Of a DNA stretch of 64,000 bases, positions 40,735-57,643 are shown in pieces (positions within the stretch are counted from its first letter, which is position 1; every line of letters starts with the position of its first letter). Made by a program: the position numbers and the translations under genes. Source of the DNA: the human T2T-CHM13v2.0 reference genome, Homo sapiens. Under the pieces are notes generated by a model that saw only the letters and a program-made list of their open reading frames with translations, was not told the DNA's origin and made no database searches. The DNA lies in NCBI RefSeq assembly GCF_009914755.1, contig NC_060930.1; one strand, 5' to 3'.

Positions 40735-41059
40735 TTTTTAAAATTTATTTATATTTTTATGAATGTAGTTTTATTAGAGACAAGGTCTCACTCTGTCACT
40801 CAGGCTGGAGTGCAGTGGTGTTATCATACTCACTGCAGCCTTGAACTCCTGGGCCCAAGTGATCTTCCCGCCTCAGCCTCCCAAGTAGCTGGGACTGCAG
40901 GTGGGCGCCAACATTGCTAGGCTAATTTTTTTTTATTTCTGTAGAGACAAGATCTTGCTATGTTGGCCAGGCTGGTCTTGAACTCCTGGCCTCAAGTGAT
41001 TCTCCTGTCAAGGCCTCCCAGAGCGCTGGTGTTAAAGGCATAAGCCACTGCACCCAGCC
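40735..41059 (-). mobile_element. AluJ
   Basis: J-type right arm (ctcactgcagccttgaactcctgggcccaagtgatc); TSD AGAGAAG(A/G)TAA. Confidence 0.88.
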
Positions 41060-41969
41060 AGAGAAGGTAAATAGTACTAGACATGAGTCCTATTCTACTA
41101 CTTCTTAACCAGCTTACCTTGGACCAGTCAGTCAACCTGACTGTTTCTGCTACCGTACTGAAAACTATGAATAAGATTTTTATATTGACTGTCTCAGCAC
41201 CCGTGCAAATGACTAAAGAAGTAGAAGTCAACATCACATCTAAGATCATAAAGAGCAAACATTAACTTATGGGAACAATTGAACAGATTCAGGAAAGCAG
41301 ATGCTGAGTTGAAGGTGCCGCAGAGCAACCAATAGATACAGGGAGCAAGGAATTCAGAAAATTCTTGTTTTAAAGGACATGGGATTCCCCACCCTTGCTG
41401 AGACTAAAAGAAATATAGATTTGCACATATTCAATGTGACAAGAAGCAGCTGAAAAATGAGTCCTAGAGAACCCTTCTCATCCAACAACCTGGCTTTACT
41501 CCTTCTGATTACCCTCCATCCCCAAGGTATGAGGATCTTAAATGGAGAAATTGATCTGCTTTGTTTGTTCATCTATTTATGTAAAGAGGATAGAGGATGT
41601 TATACTAAAGATCTGCATAGCGCAGGGATGGCAATGGGCATCTAGATGGGGAGATAGAAGGAATCACATCTCAGAAAATCTGAGAGAAGCTAAAGCCAAT
41701 CAGAAAAGATTCTGAACTTTAATCTGGCCCTGAGATTTCCGGTTAAGAGTCCAGAACAATAACAAAACAATATGCACCATTCTATGAACATCTACTATAT
41801 TTTAGGCTTGTTACCTGCTTTTATAATAATCAATTAATCTATTTTCACTTTAAATTAATGGCCAGAAATCTCCAATAAGCAACTAACGTTGTCATGAAAT
41901 TTGAGTAAATTTGTAGACCATTTCATGTCTTCTAATTTTTCCTCAAAATTTCCATACTCTCTCATTCTC

Positions 41970-42310
41970 CCATTCCCCATTAGCTGATGAGCTAGTCTCA
42001 AATGTCATTTTGGAAATACAGACTATCAGAATTGAAATTCTTCATCTTCCACTACAGGATCTATCCACTTAACTATATCAGAACTTACATATCCTGCCTT
42101 CACTCCTGTAGAAATGGATGAGGTGAAATATTCATGCTCCCAGGGAAGACCCGTTCTTGATATCCTATTGTCTCTTTCCTCCGCAAAGACTTCACACAGC
42201 AATTACCTCCTCTCTCTCCTTCACCTGCTTTCCCTGTCTGCTGGGTCATTATCACCACACCAATATGCTCTGGGATTTCTCATTTTGGTCTCACATTTCC
42301 AGTATTCCAT

Positions 42311-42312
<2 letters not shown>
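41970..42312 (-). mobile_element. LINE L2 fragment (host of the RPL27A retrocopy)
   Basis: tagctgatgagctagtctca, cctgccttcactcctgtagaaatggatgagg, tctgctgggtcattatcacca. Confidence 0.55.
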
Positions 42313-42921
<609 letters not shown>

Positions 42922-43124
42922 CTATTCACACTTTAAAAATATAAATCAATATTCTTTTAGTAACACAACGAATAGAAGTCAATTTCAAGAAAATCAGAAT
43001 GCAGAGGAACAAGAGAAAAACTATCAATAATTTCACCACTGCAACAAGTTCAAAATCTGCTATATGTTCTTCCTTTTTAAACTATTTAATTTATAATTTC
43101 ATCAGGTAGTGTATATACATAAAA

Positions 43125-43660
43125 ATTTTAAAAAATTAGAGATGAGGTCTTGCTCTGTCACCCACTCTGCAGTGCAGTGATGCGATCATAGCTCACTGCA
43201 GCCTCCAACTCCTGGGCTCAAGTGATCTTTCCACCTCAGCCTCCTGAGTAGCTGGGATGACAGGCATGTACCACCACCTGTGGCTTATTTATTTACTTAT
43301 TTTGAGACAGAGTGTCTCTCTATCGCCCAGGCTGGAGTGCCGTGGCACAGTCTTGGCTCACTGGAACCTCCACCTCCCAGGTTCAAGAGATTTCTGGCTA
43401 ATTTTTGTATTTTTAGTAGAGACGGGGTTTCACCATGTTGGCCAGGCTGGTCTCGAACTCCTGACCTCAAGTGATCCACCCGCCTTGGCCTCCCGAAGTG
43501 CTAGGATTACAGTTGTGAGCCACTGCACCCAGCCTGGCTCAATTTTTCAAATGTTTTTCAGAGACAAGGGTCTTGCTATGTTGCTTAGCCTGGACTTGAA
43601 CTCCTGGGCTCAAGGAGTGCTCCAGCCTCAGCCTCCTCAGTAGCTAGGATTTAACACATG
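43125..43660 (-). mobile_element. AluJ interrupted in its central linker by an AluS (about 43288-43534)
   Basis: J right arm 43138-43285, inner Alu with internal deletion, then J left arm from about 43535; TSD TGGCTTATTT/TGGCTCAATTT. Confidence 0.85.
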
Positions 43661-43769
43661 TTCATAGTTTTAAAGTGCAAAGACACTGATGAGAAAATAC
43701 TTTCCACCCTGCTTTCCTCAGCCTCGTTTAAGAATGAATGAGTGAAGGGCTGCAAAATGGCAGCCATGA

Positions 43770-44118
<349 letters not shown>

Positions 44119-44131
44119 TTTCGCAGAATTC

Positions 44132-45897
<1,766 letters not shown>

Positions 45898-47140
45898 TTA
45901 ATGACAAAATTTCTTTCAAGACACAAATAAATAAATCTTTCAAAGTGGAATTGTCGAATTCCCAGGATTTGTGGAAAACACAGTTGTCCTGGTATGATAA
46001 GAATATGTGTATAAATAGATGACTGCTCTGTTTAATTTTGTGTGAACTCGGGATTAGGTAGTATATAGATGTGAACAATTTAATAGTTAAAACCAAGGCA
46101 TATTCCATTTAGAACATTTAGTTTCTTCACTTGTTTATGCATGCTCTCTACCTAAATATATGGTTTACTTTTCAAAACATAGTGACTATTTATGAATTGA
46201 TTTAGTAAAAATAACATTAGGAATGTGAATCTCCTCTAGCAGAAAATATATTGTAAGGTGCAATTTTCTAGTAAGCCTTCCGTCATATAACCCTTTAATA
46301 AGAAAACACTAAAGCAATTGTACTTCAAGACGGTATAATGGATAGCAATAAAAGTCTGCTTGTAAGTCATGCCTTCTTTTATCACTTGTGCCATTTTCCT
46401 GCTTTTGGAATAAAAGCGTTTCCTTCGTAAGTAGAATATTAATTGGAAAACCCAATAACTCACATCTATATTGGAAAGAACAGCAATAGATAATATAAAT
46501 AAGAAATCAAATATGTGTTTCAGATGTTAGATTTTTAACGTCAATTTTAATACATTTTAGCATTCCGTGAGAGTAAATCTGTGGTCCTTAATGGTCTAGT
46601 TTGCATGCACTACAGTCTCCAGAGATATTTCAGACCAGAAAACACAAAGCATATTCAAAAATAAGAAATGTGCTTTTACCTCTTCTGTCATAAGACTTTT
46701 CCTACACAATTATAACATGTATTAAAATAGACATTTTAAAGGAAATAATTTAAATGAGTGTATGTTTTCAAAATAAATATTTAAAAAGTTAAATATTATA
46801 TTTATTCAAAAATCCAATATCACATCTTTAAGCAGTGTTAATAATGATTATTGTTATACCTAGATGTCACATCAACTATTCAACTTTACATCTTTGCTTT
46901 TTAAAATGCAGAATGTCATCTTCGTATCATACATAATATTGGAAAGTTCCAATTCTGCATGGTGATGTTTCAACAGAAATGTCTGCAATTATTAAAAGAT
47001 CTGAATTACAGGTAACACAACATTGATATGTTATTTGTTAACCCTTTATGCCCCACCTCCTGTTTTTGGTTTGGGGGTCTATCATCACATGGCAGTGTTT
47101 ACCCGTATTCCTGCATTAATAAATTACCATTCACAAGTGT

Positions 47141-47420
47141 TGCTATTAATGTTTGTGTCCTCACTTAAATTCATATGTTGAAATCCTGGGATTAGCACCA
47201 TTATAAAAGGGACCCCATAGAGCTAGCTCTTCCCTTCCACCATGTAAGGACACAGCAACAAGATACCATGTGTGTGTTAGTGGCCCTTACCAGACACTGA
47301 ATCTGCCAGTGCCTTCTTCTTGGACTTCCCAGTCTCCAGAATTGTAATATATAAATTTCTGTTGTTTAAAGGATACCCAGTTTATGGTATTTTGTTATAG
47401 CATCCTAAATGGACTAGTAG
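47141..47420 (+). mobile_element. MaLR solo LTR with internal deletion (MLT1A/MSTD-like)
   Basis: aaattcatatgttgaaatcct, ccttccaccatgtaaggacacagc, accagacactgaatctgcc, tggtattttgttatagc..ggacta. Confidence 0.8.
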
Positions 47421-49089
47421 AAATATATGAGCCAGAATAGTAAATACTACATAGTTGTTATTGTAACACCTTCTATAAGAATTTTCTACTCTATTTGAAA
47501 ATTACTTTAAGTCCTTGGTTATGAAGGAAAATGCTTCGCTAATGAAGATGAATATTTCCAATGTGTTAAGCGCAGTTACTTTTGTTCCCTAAGTGTTTTT
47601 CTTCACATATAATTAGGCTGGATGATTTAATGAAATCCAGATCAGCGTCCATGGATAATGAGGTGAATCCCATCAAGATCCTTTCTTAGTGGCTTTATTT
47701 CTAGGAACATTTTTTTAAATAGGCTGTATCTATACAAGAAAAGTGAAGAACAGTATAGAATTAATTTTATTTTTGGATCAAGGGTGTACAAGGAGAATAA
47801 AATTAGGTAATGAGCTAATGGGAAATATGCACATTTGGGGACTTGTGCCCTCAGACTGGTTGGAAACTGAATGAATCCATGAAACAATTGCCCAAGTCCC
47901 TTTCTTTTTCAAAATGTTTACTTTTAATATTTTGGCCTGTTTGGGTTTTATTAGGTTTCTTAGATTTGATAAGAAAATGGGTGGTTTATAAATTTGAAAT
48001 TCTAGTTGACTTGTGTAATTCCTTACAATTATATCTTGCAATTCTTTTTTATTATATAAAGTCAAAATTTTTAAGATCCTGTGACATTTTGTTACATTTT
48101 AGCCCAAGATTATTTACATTTGTACCTATTCTTCTATGCTTTTACATAAACTCCATGTTGTTACAAAATAATTTAAAACAGCTCATATACTTAAAATAAA
48201 GCAAGATAACATATGTTCTGATAACATGCCTCAAGAATATATGAGAAATATGACAGAAAAAAATTCAAGGGCATGATATAAAATCAGCCAGAAATTATTT
48301 TACTTTACAAAATGCATGTACTGATAGACTGTACAGTTACTATCTATGAGTTTCTAGTTCATAATAAGAATATAACAAACATAATGGTGATGATATGAGC
48401 CACTAAGAATTTTGGCTTAATCTGTGATAGACATTGAGTTAAGCTGTTTACATAGTTCACTTAATAATTACCTCAACCCTGAAATGATGCTCATTTTCTA
48501 TATAATGAAATGACCTCTAGCTCCAAAATCTTATTGAAAATTGTAGAGACGGTATTGTAGAAACTAGAAACTCAAACTGGCTAATATAAATATAAAGCTG
48601 ATTCTATCAACTGTAGGCATCACTGCCTCTTAATTAGTTTTTGTCAGCTTTCTCTTCATTATACACTGTAGCCAAAAATCATTTGAATACTAAGCAGTTT
48701 TATGTTGTCTGAATGACATTGACCCATCTAACTTACACTTGCAACTCATCACCCAGGAGACAGTAGTTCCTCATACAATAGGATGAGGATACCAGATACG
48801 GGTCATTGCAGGGAACTTTAGCTTTGCAGAAATTTTTGTAATAGATTATTTTACTAACCTTCTAACTGGTTTCAATGAAAATCACATGAGTGTTTGGTAG
48901 TCCAGCAGTAAACTGGATTTTTTTTTTAAGTCCTTGGAGTTTTCTACATAGACCATCAAGTCATCTCCAAATAGTAACAGAGTTTATTTATTCACTTCTG
49001 ATAAGTATCACTTTTATTCGCTTTCCCCCCTATTTATTGGGCTGTTTAGGCCTTCCAGAATCCTGACTATGGAAGAAACAACACTGTAT

Positions 49090-51006
49090 ATTGATCACTG
49101 CATAAGAGCATGTCCTGTGTAAGCCATGTGAGCATACACACAAGGCGTTATCATAGTTTGTGCCATAATTCACTCTTCAAAATGCCATTCCATTATTCTA
49201 AAATGTTAGTCACTTTATAAAGATGGTTAACATGATGATAGCCATGAATTCCACAAGACATGAGCCCACTTCCACTCTTTATGAGGTGTAAAATGAGTTT
49301 GCCTTCCTTCAGTGAACTCTAGTTCTATGAAGTGGCATAATTTTTGAAAATGATTGATATGCCACAACCTCTATTATGCTGATTCAAGTTAGCCTTACAT
49401 TTACTGCATTTGAAACCTTTCCACTTACGCAAGTCAAGTAAGACTTTAGTGGACTGCCCATCAATTTCAGTCCTACAGACATATGATTAATTATAGAACA
49501 TCAAAGTTCTCTGTGGGTCAAGCCATTCCTATAACTGCTTTGAGTCTGCCAACCATTCTGATTCCTAGTCTTAGCAGTTAAGTGCTGCCACCTGGCCCCT
49601 GGCACTCCTGGATCTCATCATCCTCATTGAATTCAGAGAGCCCACTTAGACAGTGAAAGCTTCCACTGTTGTTCCTGGACTGCAGGGAAGAACCAACATG
49701 GAGCTCTTCAGTTGCTGGGACACCTTTCACCAATGTGTTTCTCAAAGACTTGAAGGAAATGTCTTTGGGACTCTTCTAGTTAGGGTGTGAGTAAGCAGAT
49801 CTTACATAAAAAATCTACCCTAGCATTTCAGTCTCCCCAAGTCTTCGATTATTGTCCTTTAGATTATACCAAGGAAATTCTGGAATCTCAAGTGCATTCT
49901 CTGTGGGCCACTTTTGGGTTTATGTCTCAATACACCAGTTAAACAAATGGTAGAGGTAGAGCCATTCCCAGGCACTCAGGCAAACACATTGAATACAGAA
50001 TCTCTTCTTAGTATACCCATATTAATATATTTGACCTGATCCAACATATTTCTTCCACTCAGATTCTACTTGTTAGGCTATGTTCCCATATATTTTCCCC
50101 AGGTTTGTGTTATAAATTGGCAAAATTATGCAATTCTTTTGGTGTGTAGGGTAACCTCTCATGGATTGTATTTTGTCAGATTTCCTAAGCCTGTGGGGAC
50201 TGATTCTGGTTACAAGTCTGGTTACAAGTCTACACTTCTCATTAGAGGTGGTGGGAATGGGACCTCAGGAGGATTAACAATGCCTGGCAAAGCGCCTATA
50301 TCATAAGAGGCAAGCATGGGTTTGCAGGCAAGGGCAGGCTAACCTCCTCAGAGAGGGGAATAACGGCTGCTCCCACAGGCCAGTGAGGCTCAGTAGAATT
50401 TAGGGGTTCAAAGTCTTCAACTTCATCACAATCTGCTCAGAAGTCTTCATCCCAATTTTCAGGACACACACCTTTTCAATTTATGGCCTAACTTTAACAT
50501 AAAAAAGGCTTGTGAATATGGGAATTTAGTTTGCACAGTAATTCAGGTATCTGTAGATAAGATTTAGGGTTTAATCTTCAGAAATCTTGATTCTGAAGCT
50601 CTTGGAAATAGGATTTATTTTAGGGTGTTCATAAAAGTTTTCTGGTCCCCTACTTAAAACTTGAGCTTAGAATTTAAATGTCTGTGCTTACGATTTTTCT
50701 TCGCCATGTCCTCCATGCATTAGAATCAAGCAATCAACTTCATATATGAGTTATTCTCCTTAGTTTCCACTAAAATACTGGCTGGTAGCAAATACTTGTT
50801 CACACAAGGCCTTGCCTTTGGTAAGCATTTGATTGCAGGTGATAATCAAAGTTACTCTTTTTGCCACTGTATACTGTGGACTGTAAGTATATGGTTAACA
50901 CAGAAAAACAGAACCATTAACGTTTTAAATGTAACTAGATCAGAGAACTAATTATACATTCTCATCCTTAAGGTTCTGTTCCCCTGGACTGAATTCTGAT
51001 ACCAAT
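49090..51006 (-). mobile_element. ERVL-class internal sequence (decayed gag region with PBS)
   Basis: 50330-50580 resembles antisense ERV-L gag; minus-strand TTGGTATCAG (50996-51005) fits an ERVL/MaLR Leu-type primer binding site next to an LTR. Left boundary uncertain. Confidence 0.65.
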
Positions 51007-51008
51007 AT

Positions 51009-51520
51009 TGGTATCAGTCAGTGTGTGTCAGAGAAGTAGAATCTCTACGAGTATTACAGAACAAGAGATTCTTTATGAGCATGACACCTTACACAGCTGT
51101 GGAAGAAGCTGGAAGAGTTGTTTTTATTTTTGTTTCTTTGTTTGTTTGTTTTTCTTAAGCCTTTTCAGGGAAATTAGAGATTCAGAGAAAAGTCACTAAC
51201 CAGCTCTTCTGTAGTCAGAGTTGGAACATGAAGCATGATGGAGATCTGGAACAGAGCCTTGGCCACTGTGAATTATCACGCCCTGCTCAGCAGGCCCTGG
51301 GAGAAGAGCTGGGCATACAATGAGGAAAACGGGGACAGCTTAGAATCTCCTTTTCATCTTTTTCCCTGATCTCGGATGAGTTCCACAGAGTTGTCAATCT
51401 TGCCTTCCACATCTCAAATAATTTTTCAATTTTGGCCATCTCCAACACAGACCATACATGAACAGGGTTTCTGGGAAACATAGTTTCAGCTTGTCCAAAT
51501 GACAGACAAGCAAAACATCT
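51009..51520 (-). mobile_element. ERVL-class 5' LTR (old; subfamily unresolved)
   Basis: gtatcagtcag..cagagaagtagaa.. (MLT2-like terminus), accttacacagctgtggaagaagctgg, ttctgggaaacatagtttcagctt. Confidence 0.55.
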
Positions 51521-54500
51521 TAGGTGGTAACATATTCTCTTTATAGACATCTAATCTACGAGCCGAAACCAAATAAAAAGCTAGCCAGAATGTGAATGCC
51601 TCTGAATAGATACTTTACCACTTCAGCACAAAAGATTGGCATCGATCAAATATAAATTCTTCTCACATGGGTCTTTTGACATATTTAAGAGCTCTCAGTC
51701 AATCAGAAATAAACAATTTGGGCTAATGTAAATTTTAGATCATTTACATTAACCTAGTAGTACTGGCTATTAAATATAAAAATCTACTTACGTATCTAAC
51801 TGAACATTTTATCTTCCAGTTAAAATCATAGGAAGTTAAACCTCTAGTTGGATGGTTAAATTTTGAGATTTACCTGGATGTTTGCATTATAATAATAAGC
51901 AAATGCAGCAAAGACTATGAAAGTTCATATACAAGGAAATACTGTTAAGAGGGTTAATTAGTTGTTTGCCAAAGCCTAATAATTTCTTCTGTAACTTTTA
52001 TAGAACTTTATAATGGAAAAACACAATATGTTACATTAAATCCTACTGTAAAATAGAATAGTAAAATAGAAAATAATAGCTTAAAGTTAAAGCACTGAAA
52101 ACAACATATAAGCAATTCATAGAGGTCTAAGTAATTAAGTTTAATTGCAACTCTGACTAAAGGCATTGCCATTTTTCTATTGCTCGTATATGTGAGCTTC
52201 TTGAAATGTTATGATCTATCCATTTTGGTAGAAGGAAAGGTGCATTTTGTAGAAAATATTTTCCAATTCTAATGTGGGCAGAAAATCATATAAATATTTA
52301 TTTAAAAGGAAATGAGTAACTCCAGACCTGTAGGTTCATTTTATTTTGCACTGATATTTATTTCATTTTTTCTTGCTGAGCTTAATTAGAAAAATCTTGT
52401 GTAGAGAAGTTGAATGCAATTTAATCAGCAGGAAAATGCATTTATTATGGAAAAAGTATTTAAAAACAAAGAAAAGGGACTGCTGGAAGGATTTATTTTG
52501 GTAATACCACCTAGAGGGGTAAGGTTAAAGATTCAATTTACACTCAACAGGAATGAAGCAGTGAATAGAGGAGGCAGAGTGACTTAGCAAGACATTTTGT
52601 GGTACAAACAGTTCATGCAAAATAGTCACATTGACTTGGAACTGGGATTGGAAAATACCAGCAGAAAATAGAACAATGGAAAGAAATCAACTGAGTCCAT
52701 TTTTGCAGACAGGAAAAGATAAACAAATATTTTCAAGACAGTATTCTTATATGTAAGTAAGATGCCATGGGAACACAGAGGAGTTAGCTTCTTTGCCTAT
52801 GGTAGAATGTGGAGTCTATCAAATAAATAACATTCATTGGAACTTGGAGAATTAGTTGGCCTTCCCCTGATGTTAATTAAAGAGCAAATGGTGATATTGT
52901 AGCTAAGAAGACCAACAGGTTCCACATCATGGGGGTCATTAGAGTTTCAGAAATTTGCTGGGGAGGGCAACGTAAAATTGAGAAACACTGTCTGTTGTGC
53001 AAGAAGTGGCGAACATCTGGGAGTTGTGCTGATGGTATTAGGAGGGGAGAGGGAATGAGAAGCGCTGACTCCATCATGAATGCTTAGGGCTAAGTTGTAA
53101 ATGACTTTTGTAGATTAAATTAAGAGGACTGGGTGATGGAGATTTAATACATATATCCAAATTAGTAAAGTAATAAAAAGGTATAATATTTTAGGAAACT
53201 GTATCAATAAAGCAGAGACTAGACTAGTGTTGGAAGAGAAAAAATTGCTGCAGAAGGTATAGCTGTATCTGAAGTTTATGGAAGAAGAACGAAAAATTGT
53301 GAGGAAATATTAGAGAGGGAGATAAGCATTTAGAGATATTAATAATAAAACACAAAGGACCAAAGAAATATTATGGCTTCTGAAGTTATAGGAAAAAATA
53401 GGGATTAAATCAAGGGATATGCAGAGTCATCGTAAGTGGGAAGAAGAAGCAGCACAATTACATAAGACAAATCAATCAGAATCTGAAGCAAAGCCATATG
53501 TAAACAGTTGACAGAACTATAATCCTTAGGATACTGGCTCTGAAAAGAAATAACTAAATAAGCAAGAATCAAACCACTAACCACTGGAGACATTTTGGAA
53601 ATATAAAAATGTCTTAAGTATTAAAGAGCAATCATTGCCTCTGAAGGAACTGGGGAAAAGAGCATAGAGATTTTGTTATAATATGTATAAATAGAAGTAT
53701 ATCTCAAATGAAATGTGAAAAGCAATTAGTGGAAGATATGATGCCTCTTTCACTTTTATTTAAAATAAAAGGGTAGGATCGAAGTGAATTCAACCATATC
53801 TGGAAAAAAGCTTCACTCCTCTGAACCTAGGCTTTAAATCTGACAAACTTGATGATCCTTATATGTTTTTTCATCAGAGGACCAAATTACATATCAAACT
53901 TTTTCCAGTATTTTCAGTTAGTATCATATAGTTTATTCTTACCCAAGTCATAAAATATTCTTCAAAGTACATTTTTATCATGTGAATATTTGATTTCACA
54001 TATGTGTTATGGTTTATTTAGCCTCTTCTCATTGTTAAGCCTTTGTACTGTCTCCAATCTTTGGTATTATAAAAAACATTTGATGAACGTCCAACTGATC
54101 CCAGCAATCTAATACAGTTTTCTCATGGTAATTCTGAAAGCGGATTACTAAATCAAGGGATTCAATATATTTTAGTCTCTTGGAAACATAATGCTGAATC
54201 GCACTCCAGAAAGAATGTATCAGATGCCCACATATCATTATACACATGCCATCATTTAATATTAACATTTAAAAATTTACCAATGTAAGAAGCAAAAATT
54301 GTAATTATTTTGATTTGTTTGCTACTAATGCTCATTTTTTAATACGCTTATTTATCATTTGTGTTGATTTTGTCCATTTTGTCCTACTTTCTGTGAAAAT
54401 TCAACTTCTAAAGTCGTTTTTATTATAGCACCAGAGATGACCACATCATTTTATGTACTTCAGTTGCGTAATGGTTTTGAAATATATTGAGGAGTGTCCC

Positions 54501-55147
54501 ACGGGGAGGAGAGTACATTTGGGTTTAAAATGTTTCATTCTTGAAAGAATTGCTTAAATTTAAATAGCAAATGAAATAAATTAAGAAATAATGACATATT
54601 TGGAATAAAAACATTGTTTATTATTAAACTAAATACATGTGGCACACAGTATATGTGAATTGTTGAATAGTTGTTATTGGTATATATTTTAATATATACT
54701 GTTAATCTTCTTATAAGATGCCTTGCAAATACAAAATACATTTTAGTGACAAGTAAAATTTAAAAAATACAATGTATTTCAATACTATTTTAAAAATCCC
54801 AAGTTCTATTAGCAATAAAAAAAGATTGAACTGAAGGAAATAGAGTACATGCATCATAAGTTCCCAACGTAACACAGATGTAATAGATAAATATAATTCC
54901 ATTCTTGATATTGATAACTAAAGTATAAAATATTCATAAAAATTGATAAAAGTGCTGGAAGATTGTCTTCCAAATAAAAATACAGATAAGATAAATCATA
55001 AAAAATATATAGCAAAAACATATATGTCAAATGTACAGCATTAAAAGCTTAAAAGCAAATAGCATGAAACAAGATAGCAAATTTAACTTAAAATAAGCAT
55101 ACATGCTTTAAGTTTTCCAATGACTAGAGCAATGTTCATTGTTTAGA

Positions 55148-55292
55148 TTATTTTAACTTTTATTTTAGGTTCAGGGGTACATGTGTAGGTTTGTTATATA
55201 GGTGAACTCGTGTCACAGGGGTTTGGTGTACAGATTATTTTGTCACCTGGGTACTAAGCTTAGTGCCCGATAGTTATTTTTTCGATCCTCTC
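55148..55292 (-). mobile_element. Short L1PA 3'-end fragment (older subfamily)
   Basis: ttttaggttcaggggtacatgtgtaggtttgttatataggtgaactcgtgtc. Confidence 0.8.
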
Positions 55293-55599
55293 ATTAAAAA
55301 TTAAATATAATGCTTCTCAAACATGTTAGGTACATTTCTGAAAGACACTGAAACGAGCAGGGCTTGTGAAAAATAGGGTTGGAACTAGACCTCTGGAAAT
55401 ATATGCAGCCTTGTAAACAGGCAGTATCAAACAAAAACAATAACAAGCCTAAACAATACCCTATAACAGATGAAATGACATCTTAAGACCATGAGGAAGA
55501 GAAATACACAGTAATTTTTAATTCTTCTGTGTCATAGTAAATTTAAAAGTGTATCATAGAGAGAGAGAGAGAATCAGACATTACACATACACTATTCAA

Positions 55600-56215
55600 G
55601 ATTATTATAGACTCTAGATATACCGAATAACATATAGAAAATACAGGAGACCGAGAACATGTTAACTTCTTGAGGGTACAATCAGCAAAGTCCAAATTTG
55701 GGAACATGCATAGAACAAATGACCTGGTTTCTTTGATTAATAATTTCTAAGGACTAAGTAAAAAGAAAACGGAAGGATTAAGTAAAAAGGGAAACTTTAG
55801 ACTAAAATACCTTGGATAATATCAAGAAAAAAAATTAGCCAAATGTCCTGTATGATCCTTGTGTGGATCTTGATTAATTATGCTAATTAAAATAATTGTG
55901 AAATAATTGGGGAAATTTGGTCATTTATTGGGTATTTGATGATCAAATTGTCATTTTTTTATGTTGAATAATATTAAATTTGTTTAAAATATGCATTTTT
56001 CTTTCAGAGATTAAAATTAAATTAATCATGGATGTAATTACATGATGCTTGGGGTTGGTTTTATGATAATTGATGGTCAAGGGAAATTGGTGAGGACATA
56101 AATGAAGCAAAATTGGCCATGCTTTGATAACCACTGAAGGGAGGTGATGGGCACGTGGGATTTCATTAAAGTGCACTACGTACTTTCATATGTATTTGAA
56201 ACTTTTCATAAGAAA
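55600..56215 (+). mobile_element. L1MC/L1ME 3' end
   Basis: caatcagcaaagtccaaa, aacaaatgacctggtttc, gggtatttgatgat, aaattggccatgctttgataaccactgaa, gtatttgaaacttttcataa. Confidence 0.65.
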
Positions 56216-57643
56216 ATATTTAAGGGAAAATAAAGACAAAAAGAAAAGAAGAAGCATGGTAGAAGTGATGGAAGGAGGGTTCAAGCTACTGAGTTTTGGG
56301 ACAAGGGAATACTTTGGAAAGTCTGTAGAGAATAGCTCAAAGCACACTTTACTTCCAAAACAGAGCAAATGTCCCCATTGAGCCAGGGTAAAAAGACATT
56401 GTGTACAAAATTCATATACAGCTGGTTGCATTCAGTAATGTTGGTATACTGAACTTGGTTGCCACTATTTGCTATTTTTGAATGAATAAATTCATGTTAC
56501 AGAAATATTCATTTTAGCAGAACAGGTAGTAAATAAGAAGAAAGCAATGATAATAACTATTAAGTCCATGTATGATTAAAATGAATTAAAGAGTTTATGT
56601 ATTCTACCTTGGTAAAACATACAATCTTAACTCGGTATAGAAACATAAACATTTATAGCTGTCTCTTACCATACCAATATACAAATGCATATTATTTTCA
56701 ACCATATTTATATTTATTACTCAAGTACACTAAATATTTTCTGATATTAATACTGCCACTGCTTTTTAATTCAACATCTCCATTTTGAGTGATAATTTTG
56801 ATTGAAAATTTTCCATGATGTGAACAATGCCTTCCTATTTTTCCCAAATAAAGCTGATGGATGATACAATGTCTGAGATTTTGTATGTAAGAGAGGTCTT
56901 TCTGTTATTTTCTTATAAGAATTATAACTTGACTGTCTCTACATTCTTGGATGATTGTATTTCTCTCTCAGTTTTGCAATATTCCCTTATCGTTTTCTGA
57001 AGTGGAATGTTTAAGAAACTTTGGGGGTTTTGTTGTTTTTGTTTGTTTGTTTGTATCAGTGACAGTAACTTTCCTAATCTTTTTAGAATTCAAAAAGCTC
57101 AGCAGTATATACTGAACATATGTCCTTTATCAGCTTACTTGTTGCAAGAAAAAACAATAAAATTTTATTACCAATTTCATGATTATTGATTTTACTCAAT
57201 TTTCTTATTAATTGCAAGTTGAACTTTCATGATTAGTAATAAATATGTTCTTTGCCTCTGCCTTTGGGAATGTTTCTCAATTTTTGTTTTCTACAGCATT
57301 TATTTGAATTTTTTAAAGCACCAGTTGTGTTATTTATTTTCTGCAAGAGGAGTCAACAAATAATTGGATACTAGTTTAGTTTCAATTCACAATAGACATT
57401 TGATTAAAACAGTGTGGCATTGGCACAGAGATTGACTATTTCTATATTAGGAAAGCCTTAGCAGGATGTGATACTGATATTGTGAATAAAATTTCATTGA
57501 CTATAACAAGGTAGAGGGAAATGGAATCCCAGAGAAGAACCAGTAGACATAGGTATAGAAGCATAATGTGCATAAGGAACCACAAGTAGTTTACAATTGC
57601 TGGTGTGTACAGTCTAAATAAGATGAGAGGTGGGTAACAGCAA

